From contig DAHWNL010000073.1 in NCBI GenBank assembly GCA_027339965.1, forward strand, positions 1,113-65,112: DNA of 64,000 nucleotides. Direction: 5' to 3'. Made by a program: the position numbers and the translations under genes. Below, one piece after another: positions 37,714 through 46,630 of this stretch. The notes under the pieces were generated by a model. It was not told where the DNA came from and ran no database searches. It saw nothing but the letters and a program-made list of their open reading frames with translations. The stretch's first letter is position 1. The number at the start of each line of letters is the position of its first letter. This stretch comes from Granulicella sp. GTDB lineage: Bacteria; Acidobacteriota; Terriglobia; Terriglobales; Acidobacteriaceae.

Positions 37714-39449
37714 TTCTTCCGCCTCCGTTGTCTTTTCTCTTCGAGTTCCGGCGTCGGAAAGCTCAGGTTCAGGCCGTGTGTGTCCGACGCGAGCGTCAGC
37801 AGTTTCGGATACACGTTCATGGGAACGCGCGGCAGCCAGTGGCTCGACGCCCTGCGAATGTGCAGGTGTTTGTGGATGGTCCCAAGGATTGGATCGGTCA
37901 CCAGCATTTCCATCTGGCCCACCGGCATCTTCTTGATGTGCTCATCCTGCGCCAGCGTGTCCTTGATCTCCGTCTGGCTGCCTTCGGTCCCTTCCTCGAA
38001 CTGTGTGTTGAATACGCCCTTCTTTTCGACGTGCATACTGCGCCGCATCTGCCGCACCCGTGCGCTGGCGTTGAGGAAATACTTGGCGGTTTCCTCGTCC
38101 TTGGTGCGCAGCATGAAGGTGGTGTTGGGGGCGCTCGAAACGTCATTACGGAATCCCCGACCGACCTGGAGCAGTTGCGGAGCGCTCTGAAGAGCGAACA
38201 GGAAGGCTACGTTAGCGCCGCGGGCTGTTTGCAGGATGTGCGCAAAGTTCTCGTAGGCGAAGGGGGAAAACTCGTCCATGATGACGCTGACGAACGGTTG
38301 CTGTTCGCCCTCTTCGGCACGCGAGTAGCGCCTGCCAATCATCAGCTGCAGGTTCTGAAGCAGCATCCGGCCGAGCGCGGTGACCGCCCGTTCGTTGACA
38401 TTGACGTTCAGGCTCATGAAGAGAATCAGGCCCTTGTCGATCACGTCGTCGAGCGAGAGCAGGTCGTCATAGGGGCCGGTGATCATGGCCATCTCGTCGC
38501 CCATGAACGTCATCATTTCGTTAATCAGGCCCTGAATCTTCGATACCCGCTCCTTATCTTCGAAGGATTCGAGCAGGTTGTGCACGCTCATGGTGAGCGT
38601 CAGCCTCTGCTGGCCGGTGATCGCCGGGTCTTTGTCGACCCGGTCGAGCGCCGCTTTCATCTGCTTTTTGAGGATGGCCTGGTCGTAGGCGCACACCAGA
38701 ACATCGTGGAAATTGAACCGCTTTCCCGAGTAATGGAGAACGCGGGCGATGTTTTCGAGGTACACCCTCTGGTGACCTTCAAAGAAGTCCTTTTCCATAT
38801 TGAAGGACTCGAAGACGAAGGCAACGTGCTCTTCGGCATTGCTCTGCGGCGCCCAGAACGGGTTGTAGCGCGCCGAAATGTCGGGCCGCATGGGATCAAT
38901 GATGCGAAGATCCTGCATTCGCCCGGCAGCCTCAATCGAGGGAAGCAGTTCGGAAAGCAGCTTCTTGTCGCCTTTGCCGTCGATAAAGATGATGGGCACG
39001 CCACGAGCAATGTCCTGCTCGGTTACGGTTTCGAGGAGATTCGTTTTGCCGGCCCCGGTCATCCCAAAGGCGTTCGACTGCATGGTCCGCGTCTTGTCCG
39101 ACCAGTAGAAGGGCTCTCCGAAGATGTCGTAGCCGAGCAAGACGGACGAACGCCCGCGCGCTTCTTCGAGATAGTTCTCATCCTGCCGGCGGATCACATG
39201 CGGTATCGGCCGCGGCCACGCAGATTCCATTTTGCTGATCCGCGTAGCGCGGTAGCGCAGGACCTCCCACAGGAACACCAGGACCAGGAGCGGATAAATC
39301 GTTATCTCAATGAGCTGCGCCGGGCGAACATGGAGCCGGTCCCAGACAATGAAATATCCAATCCCAAGCACTCCAAGGATTAGCACCCACGCAAGAAGCA
39401 GCGCGTCCTGCTCATCGGTATGCCGGCGATAGTGAACCTCTCGCTGCAT
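37710..39449 (-). CDS. virD4: type IV coupling protein (VirD4/TraD/TraG family)
   Basis: Two N-terminal TM helices, Walker A 'GMTGAGKT' and Walker B 'VSVIMDEF'. Confidence 0.85.
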   Translation of the reverse strand: MQREVHYRRHTDEQDALLLAWVLILGVLGIGYFIVWDRLHVRPAQLIEITIYPLLVLVFLWEVLRYRATRISKMESAWPRPIPHVIRRQDENYLEEARGRSSVLLGYDIFGEPFYWSDKTRTMQSNAFGMTGAGKTNLLETVTEQDIARGVPIIFIDGKGDKKLLSELLPSIEAAGRMQDLRIIDPMRPDISARYNPFWAPQSNAEEHVAFVFESFNMEKDFFEGHQRVYLENIARVLHYSGKRFNFHDVLVCAYDQAILKKQMKAALDRVDKDPAITGQQRLTLTMSVHNLLESFEDKERVSKIQGLINEMMTFMGDEMAMITGPYDDLLSLDDVIDKGLILFMSLNVNVNERAVTALGRMLLQNLQLMIGRRYSRAEEGEQQPFVSVIMDEFSPFAYENFAHILQTARGANVAFLFALQSAPQLLQVGRGFRNDVSSAPNTTFMLRTKDEETAKYFLNASARVRQMRRSMHVEKKGVFNTQFEEGTEGSQTEIKDTLAQDEHIKKMPVGQMEMLVTDPILGTIHKHLHIRRASSHWLPRVPMNVYPKLLTLASDTHGLNLSFPTPELEEKRQRRRKK

Positions 39450-39461
39450 AGAGCACCTCGA

Positions 39462-39701
39462 CTAAAGCCCCGGGATCCGGAAGCTGAAAAATGCCATGGT
39501 CGCGCCGGCCAGAAGCAGCAACACCGCGCCAACGACGAACAGGGGGTGCAGATTGCGCTTTCCTTTGGCGTCTCTCTGCTCGACCGGGTTCAGGAACGGC
39601 CGTTGCAGCGTCTCGACGAAGCCCTCGTCGCCGGACTGCCGGTAGGCAATCGCCAGCCGCGCCCGCGACTCCTCCGCCGTGATGAATTCGAGTTTCTCCA
39701 T
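39462..39701 (-). CDS. small membrane protein
   Basis: 79 aa with the C-terminal TM helix 'LFVVGAVLLLLAGATMAFF'. 1-nt overlap with the upstream gene. Confidence 0.45.
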   Translation of the reverse strand: MEKLEFITAEESRARLAIAYRQSGDEGFVETLQRPFLNPVEQRDAKGKRNLHPLFVVGAVLLLLAGATMAFFSFRIPGL

Positions 39702-40573
39702 CAGAGCACCACCGTTGCCTTGACTGCGTGACCGTTGTCGGCGCCGAAATCGAACTCATAGATCCCAGGCTTTGCCGCGTCTTCCGGCCGGATTTCGACA
39801 ACCCCCTCCGCCGTCTGCCCGGGGGACAGATCCCTCTGAGGAATGTTGGTGTCCCGTACAGAAACCTGCGCCGTCTGATTCGCGCCGAACTGCGCCACGG
39901 TCTTTCCCGCAACCTGCTCGTCTTTCATGGAGGGCAAAAGATCGGCACTCTGGCGCGGCGCGATCTCGAAGACGTTCGGCGGCTCAATCCGATAAGGGAG
40001 CGCGCTCGAATTGGTCACGGCGAAGCGCACGTAGAAGGAAGTGCCGTCGCATACGACATCTTTGATTGAGACGCTGACACCGTCCTTTGCAGGGTGAACT
40101 CCGCGCGCAGTGACCGGAGTGACCTGAAGCAGAGTCGAACCGATTGCGGATTCGGTGATCTGATCGATCTCTTTGGCGGGCGGATCTGCGGCCTGTGCGG
40201 CACTCGACCTCGTCGCCTGTGGGGTGGGCGAATTGGTCTCGTCAAGAACGAATGTCATCTGCTTGACGTCGCCGGGCGCTTCCAGTTCATACGTCGAGAA
40301 CTGGTGCTCGGTCCATACCATCAGGTCCGTGGATTGCCCACTTTGGAGGGGCTTCACAAAGACGTCATTGCCGTGCCACTCGATCTGCATGGCCTGGCTG
40401 CCTGCCGCGACGCGAGTGATCTTCTCGGGCAGGGCGATGACACTGATGTGATCGAGGGCGGTGTGGATCGGAGTGACCCGGTCGGAGTGGACGGCCTGAT
40501 GAACCACGTTCTGAGCGCCGGCCAGCGTTCCGCCCAGGAGGAAGATCGGAAGTGCAGCTCTATGGAGGAGCAT
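39701..40573 (-). CDS. VirB9/TrbG/TraN-like T4SS outer-membrane core protein (copy 1)
   Basis: Signal peptide after trimming to the ATG at 40573, then a beta-rich N-domain 'ISVIALPEKITRVAAGSQAMQIEW..VFVKPL'. Same two-domain layout as 58264-59229. Confidence 0.55.
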   Translation of the reverse strand: MLLHRAALPIFLLGGTLAGAQNVVHQAVHSDRVTPIHTALDHISVIALPEKITRVAAGSQAMQIEWHGNDVFVKPLQSGQSTDLMVWTEHQFSTYELEAPGDVKQMTFVLDETNSPTPQATRSSAAQAADPPAKEIDQITESAIGSTLLQVTPVTARGVHPAKDGVSVSIKDVVCDGTSFYVRFAVTNSSALPYRIEPPNVFEIAPRQSADLLPSMKDEQVAGKTVAQFGANQTAQVSVRDTNIPQRDLSPGQTAEGVVEIRPEDAAKPGIYEFDFGADNGHAVKATVVL

Positions 40574-40647
40574 GAGAACGTCTCCGTCGCTTCTCCCGGA
40601 AGAAGAGGGCGCCAATGTTTGGCTCCCTCTTCACCCAGGTGTTTTGC

Positions 40648-40863
40648 TCACAGCCAAATGGCGTGAGTTTCTGTGGCCGGCCCTGTCGCCGGACAACGGC
40701 TAACGAACTTCCTGACCCGCATTTCGAGATCAAGCAGTTCGCGTTTCGAGTAGCGTCGTCTTCCGCACACCTTCCACTGGAAGAACCACTGCTCGGGAAA
40801 GCGCTCGATGCGGACGGAAACCCGTACCGCTCCGTCCGTCCTGCGCCAGTTGAAGAACCGCAT
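40648..40863 (-). CDS. small hypothetical protein (weak)
   Basis: 71 aa from the internal ATG. Shares an 'RRYSKRELL' motif with 33036-33494. Confidence 0.3.
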   Translation of the reverse strand: MRFFNWRRTDGAVRVSVRIERFPEQWFFQWKVCGRRRYSKRELLDLEMRVRKFVSRCPATGPATETHAIWL

Positions 40864-41004
40864 ACCGTTCTCCCTTGTCTTCCGGAAGCAACAGCAGGCG
40901 AAAGTTTGCCCCCGGGAAGAGCAAAACCGTTCGCTTGCTGCTCCGCCGGGTGGCTGGCGTCCAATGTGATGGCGGACAGGCATTCTTGCCGCCTGCCGCG
41001 TCCG

Positions 41005-43431
41005 TCAGCGATCCCTTACGATCTGCTTCGTCCCGCCGTCCATGCGGAGCAGGAATTCCCTCGCCTCCCCACGGACCGAATAGAGACAATCGTTCTCGAC
41101 CACAACGCGGACCCGCTGGATCGGACATTGCACCTGAGTTCGAATGCCGCCCGTCCGGACCGCGATCGAGTCGATCACCTCCTGCGGAAAGGCGTGAAAC
41201 AAGATCGAGCCCATGCCTTTGCCGCGCGAGACCACCGTATGGAGCGCCTGGCACCAGCCCACCCGGTCTTCCTGCTTCGCGTCACCCCAACTGCGGATGA
41301 TCGATTGCAGAGAGGCCGCCTGGTCGCGGGCCTGTTCCTGAGCACGGCGGTAGCGAGCCTTTGCTTTCGCAAACGCCCGTTGCTCCGTGGCGATGCTCTG
41401 CCGTTCCCCTGAACGCCTGGCTTCCGCCACGCGCTCGGCCGCCTGCTCATGCGCTTTCTGCTCCACGGTGAGTTTGGCCTGGATCATGCCGTGTCCGGCT
41501 GCGTACACGGAATTGATCAGGCGTGATTCCAGAAACATCGAACTTGTCACTTCGTTCCCGGTGATCAGTCCGCGGAACTGCTCGATCGGGAAGGGCTTCT
41601 CCATAAGTTCCTCGATGTGCTTGCGAAGAATGTTGTAGAGCCTTCCGATACGATCCGTGGGCAGAACGTCGAGCGTGAGGGGCAGTTCCTTGTCATTGAT
41701 CGCCTTGGCTTCCTTGAGCGCAAGCCAGGGCGCCGGAGAAACCTGCTGGCGAATCGCCTGCAGCTTCTTCCGGTCGGCGTTGGTGTTGTGCTTGAGCGAG
41801 TCGATCTCCAGCTGCAGCTCCGAGACCAGCTCATAGAGCAAGTCTTCACGGCCACCGGCGACACAGGAGCTCATCAGGTCGGTGATAACCCCGATCTGAT
41901 TCCCGCGCGACTTGAGGGCCACGAACTCGAGCGAGAACCACGGAGACCTGGCTCTTCCCGCCTTGGTCTTCGTGACTTCATGTTCGTGTTCCATGCGGAA
42001 CCGGCTGTCCACAAAACGTGGAAACCTATCCGCATCGATCACACACACCCAGTCGAAGTCGAAATCCCCGCCGTTGCGTTTGGCGGTCTCCGAATGCAGT
42101 GTGTATGTCCCTTCGAGAGTCAGCTGGTCGGCCACGACCTGGGCGGCAACTTCCTGGTCCATCCCAAATCGCGCCATCAGCTCGACGATCAATTGCTCGC
42201 CCTGCAGGTGTTCGAGTGGAAGCAGGTCCTCTTTCATGCGCACGGGATAACGTACGCACAGGCCCCGTTTCGACGGTAGGGTGGTGATGGCTGCGGTGAG
42301 CGGCATCCAGTCGGCGCCGCTGAGGACCCTGCCACACTGAGCAACCAGAAAGCCGTCATCCGCCAGCGCGAAGGCGGGCAGTTTGACGCCTCCTCCGGTC
42401 ATCAGTTTGTAGGCCCAATGCGCCATCAGTTTGCTGAGTTGGGTGTGGATATAGGGATGACGGGTGATTTCCCCCGATCCATCGGCGAGCAAGGCCGCCT
42501 CGACAACCCGCTGGAACTCTTCCTCCGCGGCTTCATCGTCTTGGCGGATCTCGCGGCCGATGAGTTCGACCACCTTGCGGTGATTGCCCTCTCTCCACGC
42601 GGTTTTGAGCGTTTCGATGATTTCGACGGCCTGCGGAACAATCTCGGTTTCAATTGACTCCGCCGGCGCATGCTGGAGTACCGTGTAGCTCGATTCGAAC
42701 TCAAGGGGACGCGAGACTTCCCGGATCCCCAGCACGATCGGGCTACGATAGACACGCGACCCGAGGCCGATCATGCTGGCCACGGCATTCGGCATCTTGA
42801 TACTCGGCTTGATGGAACTTTCGGGAACGATGACGTCGACCTGAAGGACGTCGGCGACATCGTCGGACATTACCTTGAAGCTTCCTTTTGCCTGGGTATC
42901 GGCGAAGGCGAGGCGGAACTGGTAAAAGTGGCCTTCGGGAAGCGCGAGCTTCTCGAAAGTTCTTTTCCGGATCCATCCCCGGCAGTCGTTCGTTCCCAGT
43001 TCCAGGTCCTTGACCACCATCACGGTCGCTTCAGTCTCCGCGTGCACGACTTTGCAGTCGGACACCAGAATGCCGAAGTACGTGATGGCAGCCTCGGGCC
43101 ATTGCTGGAACCGTTTGGCAATCAGGGGCTCGTGATGGGCGTCGCAGTAGTAGTACTTGCCGTTTTTGGCCGAACCGGACGCGCCGACCATCCTGTACGC
43201 AATCCCGTTGTGCGAGATCGCAGTCATCCGGTCGGCAACCCGCGCCTCTTCCACATCGTCAAGAGGCTCGGTGGGAACGCTGACCAGCGCCACGTGGATG
43301 TTCGGGTACATTGTGCCGAGAAGCGTGTGATCGAGCCAGCACTCCTGACCTGTGCCGGGGATCCGTTCCTCGATGCGTCCGTTGGTGTCGATATCGAGCA
43401 TCACAATTCGATTTCCGTTTCCACTTTGCAT
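41005..43431 (-). CDS. large T4SS-operon protein with RdRP/YonO-like two-barrel RNA polymerase motifs
   Basis: Start set at the ATG at 43431 (AAGGAG 7-8 nt upstream). Contains 'NGGDFDFDWVCVID' (coded at about 42052-42075) plus several upstream blocks resembling the cellular RdRP family (see findings). Confidence 0.55.
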   Translation of the reverse strand: MQSGNGNRIVMLDIDTNGRIEERIPGTGQECWLDHTLLGTMYPNIHVALVSVPTEPLDDVEEARVADRMTAISHNGIAYRMVGASGSAKNGKYYYCDAHHEPLIAKRFQQWPEAAITYFGILVSDCKVVHAETEATVMVVKDLELGTNDCRGWIRKRTFEKLALPEGHFYQFRLAFADTQAKGSFKVMSDDVADVLQVDVIVPESSIKPSIKMPNAVASMIGLGSRVYRSPIVLGIREVSRPLEFESSYTVLQHAPAESIETEIVPQAVEIIETLKTAWREGNHRKVVELIGREIRQDDEAAEEEFQRVVEAALLADGSGEITRHPYIHTQLSKLMAHWAYKLMTGGGVKLPAFALADDGFLVAQCGRVLSGADWMPLTAAITTLPSKRGLCVRYPVRMKEDLLPLEHLQGEQLIVELMARFGMDQEVAAQVVADQLTLEGTYTLHSETAKRNGGDFDFDWVCVIDADRFPRFVDSRFRMEHEHEVTKTKAGRARSPWFSLEFVALKSRGNQIGVITDLMSSCVAGGREDLLYELVSELQLEIDSLKHNTNADRKKLQAIRQQVSPAPWLALKEAKAINDKELPLTLDVLPTDRIGRLYNILRKHIEELMEKPFPIEQFRGLITGNEVTSSMFLESRLINSVYAAGHGMIQAKLTVEQKAHEQAAERVAEARRSGERQSIATEQRAFAKAKARYRRAQEQARDQAASLQSIIRSWGDAKQEDRVGWCQALHTVVSRGKGMGSILFHAFPQEVIDSIAVRTGGIRTQVQCPIQRVRVVVENDCLYSVRGEAREFLLRMDGGTKQIVRDR

Positions 43432-43657
43432 GAGAGTTCTCCTTGTGTTTTGGGCACAGGAAGAATCCATGCCAACCGCATGATGCCGGCTGACCTGGCT
43501 CTTTCCCGACCGTTGTTGAAGGGGAACTAACCAGGCTCGAAATGCCGGGTCAGCGGTACGAATCCTCGCGAGTTGAGCCCGCAAGGTGGCTCAGAGAACC
43601 GAATCCTGAAAGCGTGCTTTCGTGATCGGTTTTTCTGAATTCGCCCGCGCGGCGCTC

Positions 43658-43975
43658 TCAGGCACGCGCGGAAACCGCCTCTTTCTTAATCTCGACCAAT
43701 CCTTCTTTCACAATCGCGCGTGACCTCCACACCTCCACGCGGTAGTACGGCACATCGCGTTTGAGCGCCTCGACCATCGCGCCGCCTTCGTTCGGGAATT
43801 TCTCTTTGAGAACGAGGGGCTGCCCGTCGCTCTCCCCGCCGGCGCCAAGGAAATAGAGGACGAGCGAGCCATCGGGCGCTCGCTCTGTCTCCCCTCTTTT
43901 GCGCCGCCGTTTCTTTTCGCCGGCCGCCGCTGTCGCCGCGGGCATCGGCATCACTCGCGCTGCCTCAGTACTCAT
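43658..43975 (-). CDS. small hypothetical protein
   Basis: 105 aa. ATGA overlap with the VirB8-like gene. Basic 'KKRRRKRGE' segment. Confidence 0.45.
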   Translation of the reverse strand: MSTEAARVMPMPAATAAAGEKKRRRKRGETERAPDGSLVLYFLGAGGESDGQPLVLKEKFPNEGGAMVEALKRDVPYYRVEVWRSRAIVKEGLVEIKKEAVSARA

Positions 43976-44724
43976 GGTTGATGGCTCCCTTCCGCCTGAC
44001 CGGTCTCGGACAATGGATCTCCCGTCAGGACTGCATCTCTCTTTTCGCCTTCGATTTGTTTGGACCAGTACTCTCCGACCAGCAGGCCGCTCGGGTTCTG
44101 CGCGGAGCGGTCCACGTTGACCAGTCGAATGTGGTATTCCTCCACAAGCTGATCGATCGACTCCTCCTGGCTGGTCACCGTGCGAACCGTGCGCACGCCA
44201 AAGGCTGTATAGACCAGCGGTTCTGTCTTGCTCTGCTCGATATGGCTCAGCCTGAGTGTGGAACTTGCCTGCGCCTGCTCAAGTTTGCCGACCGTATCGT
44301 TCTTCTCAAGGTCGGCGAGCGCCTGCCGGCGGAGATTCTCCGTCATCCGATTGAGGGCGTCTGCCCAGTTCTGCGAGAGCGTGTACGAGTCATAGCTCAA
44401 ATAGCGGTTGAGGAAATCCGTGATGAAGGCTTGTCTCTCGTAGTCATCGGCCGCCACCGCGCTTGGCTTGTCGGCGAAGAGCGCCGGAAGAATTCTGTTT
44501 TTTGCCCTCTTTATGGGCGATACCACCGATGCCTGGCCATTCGCGCCGACACGAATCACCGTCGGAGGTTCCATACGAACGAAGAGAAAGCCCGCCACCG
44601 CGACGAGGGCGACCAGCCCCATGATGCCAGCGAGAACCAGACTGCGGTTTGAATAGGCTCGCAGCGCTCCATCCATCTCGTAGAACTTCGGCGTCTCGTT
44701 GTTCAGTTTCGTTCTCGTTTTCAC
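43972..44724 (-). CDS. VirB8/TrbF-like T4SS inner-membrane protein
   Basis: Single N-terminal TM helix ('LVLAGIMGLVALVAVAGFLFV') followed by a ~180-aa periplasmic domain. Position between the VirB6-like and downstream genes. Confidence 0.6.
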   Translation of the reverse strand: MKTRTKLNNETPKFYEMDGALRAYSNRSLVLAGIMGLVALVAVAGFLFVRMEPPTVIRVGANGQASVVSPIKRAKNRILPALFADKPSAVAADDYERQAFITDFLNRYLSYDSYTLSQNWADALNRMTENLRRQALADLEKNDTVGKLEQAQASSTLRLSHIEQSKTEPLVYTAFGVRTVRTVTSQEESIDQLVEEYHIRLVNVDRSAQNPSGLLVGEYWSKQIEGEKRDAVLTGDPLSETGQAEGSHQP

Positions 44725-44739
44725 GGGTAGCCTCCTTCC

Positions 44740-45816
44740 TTACGCGAACCGCGTCATATTTGGGTCGTCGGGCGTGTTGGGTGGCGGCATACTGCCGCCT
44801 CCTCCCTGGCTCACGCTCAGTGCTCCGTAGGCGCCGCCCGTCGAAAATGTCGAGGGCATTGCTCCGCCCATGAGCCCCATTCCCGCTCCGACGATGCCGC
44901 CGGCGACAGCGCCCGCCGGTCCGGCCGCAGCGCCCAGCTCGGCGCCGTGGGAGATCCCGTGAGTGATCCTTGAGACCGTCATCGACAGGCCGAGACCTAC
45001 TGCAGAAAACTGTCCACGCAGGATGAATGCTGCCACCATCGGGATCAGCAGGATACAGATCGCATACATGATGCTGATGAGGCCGATGGTCTCGATCCCG
45101 CCGTCGAGCGGTCCCGTCGCGCCGAGGGTTGGGCCCAGCCCGAAGCTGCCCAGGTCGCCGTTGAGGATGGCGTTGACATCGTTCGCATGGATGGCTGTGA
45201 TCAGGCAGCCAAAAACCGCGTAGATGATGGACCAGGCATTCCAGATCCCGAGGTTCAGGGCGTAGTACTTGGTCAGCGAGTTAATCAGCGAACTTGGAGC
45301 GAGGGCAATCACAAACGGCCCCATCGCAAAGAGGCAAGTGCCCCAAAACGTGTAGATCAAGGCGAAGATCTGGACGGCGATTGGGTAGATTAGATATGCA
45401 AATACGATCTCCACGAGAGTGAGTAAAGCCGAAGGCGTCCACGGAATTGCGTTGAATACAGCCTGATAACCCTTGTCTGCGAAAAGCGTTGACAACTGTA
45501 ATTGCCAATTCTTTGCAAGATCGACGGCGCCGTATGCACTGTCGATAGAACTGGCAAGCTGGTTGAATCCGCTGTACGCATCGGAAAAGAATGCGGTCCA
45601 ATTTCCGATCAGGAAGGCGGCGACTGCGTACTTCAGGAGCGTGCCGGTGAGCGAACGCAGGTCCCCGCCCTTCGTATAGGCCTCATAGATGCCGAGGACA
45701 AGACAGATCGTCATCAACACGTAAGAGACGCTCTGTTCGGTCCCGAGAATGCTTCCCGAGATGCCATTAACGGCTGAAGTCAGCATGGTCTGAAATTCAA
45801 AAATCCCTGTCGGCAT
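44740..45816 (-). CDS. VirB6/TrbL-like polytopic T4SS membrane protein
   Basis: At least 6 TM helices and a Gly-rich C-terminal tail 'GAAAGPAGAVAGGIVGAGMGLMGG'. Confidence 0.7.
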   Translation of the reverse strand: MPTGIFEFQTMLTSAVNGISGSILGTEQSVSYVLMTICLVLGIYEAYTKGGDLRSLTGTLLKYAVAAFLIGNWTAFFSDAYSGFNQLASSIDSAYGAVDLAKNWQLQLSTLFADKGYQAVFNAIPWTPSALLTLVEIVFAYLIYPIAVQIFALIYTFWGTCLFAMGPFVIALAPSSLINSLTKYYALNLGIWNAWSIIYAVFGCLITAIHANDVNAILNGDLGSFGLGPTLGATGPLDGGIETIGLISIMYAICILLIPMVAAFILRGQFSAVGLGLSMTVSRITHGISHGAELGAAAGPAGAVAGGIVGAGMGLMGGAMPSTFSTGGAYGALSVSQGGGGSMPPPNTPDDPNMTRFA

Positions 45817-45832
45817 CGGTTCTCCTCTCCCA

Positions 45833-46630
45833 TCAGTGCTGACCGAGAATCTGCAGCATTCTTTGATTCAGGTTCTGCATCTGCGTGGTCGAATCCTTGA
45901 GCGCCCCGCCGCGATTCGAAAGGCTCGCACTGTTCACGCGCAGCAGTTCCGCCATACCCATCTGGGTGTAGGCGTTTGCCTGTACGACCCATGCGCTAGC
46001 CTCGGCGTCGAGCATCGGCGCCGTTCCAGGAGCCGAGGCGGCAATCTGCTGATTCAGCTTTTGGGCGACCTCCATTTCCCGCGCCGCAAATGCGTCGAGC
46101 TCAATCGCCTTCTTGAGCGCATCCTGTGCCTGCGCGTCGCCCATATCGATCTGATACGCGATGTTCTGTGGGACAGCCGTCTGGGCAGGCAGAGGTTCGA
46201 ATACGTTCTGGTAGGCGCTCCCGATGCTCCCAATGTCATTGGGGTCGGCCGACAGCATCTGCCGTTCGAGTTGTTGCGGATAGGGAAGCTGGGCGCTCGC
46301 GATATTCACGGATGCGAGCTGTCGGAAACTCAGGAAAGAGCTTGAAAAGTTGGTCGCCATCTGCCGCGCACTGTCGATCGCCGCAATCGGATAGAGCACT
46401 TGTTGCTGGAACTGCTGTTCCTCCTGTTCGACCTTGTCGATCAGCTTGAGCGGCGATGCCACGGCACTCGTGAGCGTGTTGTTGACCGCTTTCAGCCCGG
46501 CAAGAATGGCGGCGATGTCGATGCCGAACTGCGAGTGTGCCGGCTCGACTGCAACCACGGAGAGAATGACGAGCCCGACCGCCCCAAGGGCGATCCTCTG
46601 AGCCAGCGGGTGACGAAAAACACCTCTCAC
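45833..46630 (-). CDS. TrbJ/VirB5-like secreted protein (paralogue 1)
   Basis: Signal peptide, helical Q/A-rich body, C-terminus '...TTQMQNLNQRMLQILGQH'. Confidence 0.45.
   Translation of the reverse strand: MRGVFRHPLAQRIALGAVGLVILSVVAVEPAHSQFGIDIAAILAGLKAVNNTLTSAVASPLKLIDKVEQEEQQFQQQVLYPIAAIDSARQMATNFSSSFLSFRQLASVNIASAQLPYPQQLERQMLSADPNDIGSIGSAYQNVFEPLPAQTAVPQNIAYQIDMGDAQAQDALKKAIELDAFAAREMEVAQKLNQQIAASAPGTAPMLDAEASAWVVQANAYTQMGMAELLRVNSASLSNRGGALKDSTTQMQNLNQRMLQILGQH

Noticed and set aside
37602-39383. 593-aa plus-strand ORF
   Set aside because: It is antisense to the VirD4-type coupling protein, which has Walker A/B motifs. No motifs are present and the composition is Arg/His/Val-biased.
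43432-43584. N-terminal extensions offered by the ORF track (here and at 1873-1944, 20807-20974, 36463-36669, 40574-40615, 59230-59490, 61984-62028)
   Set aside because: The extensions start at non-ATG codons or lack an SD, overlap upstream genes, and are Arg/Cys-rich. Internal ATGs with good SD sequences or 4-nt stop/start overlaps were preferred.
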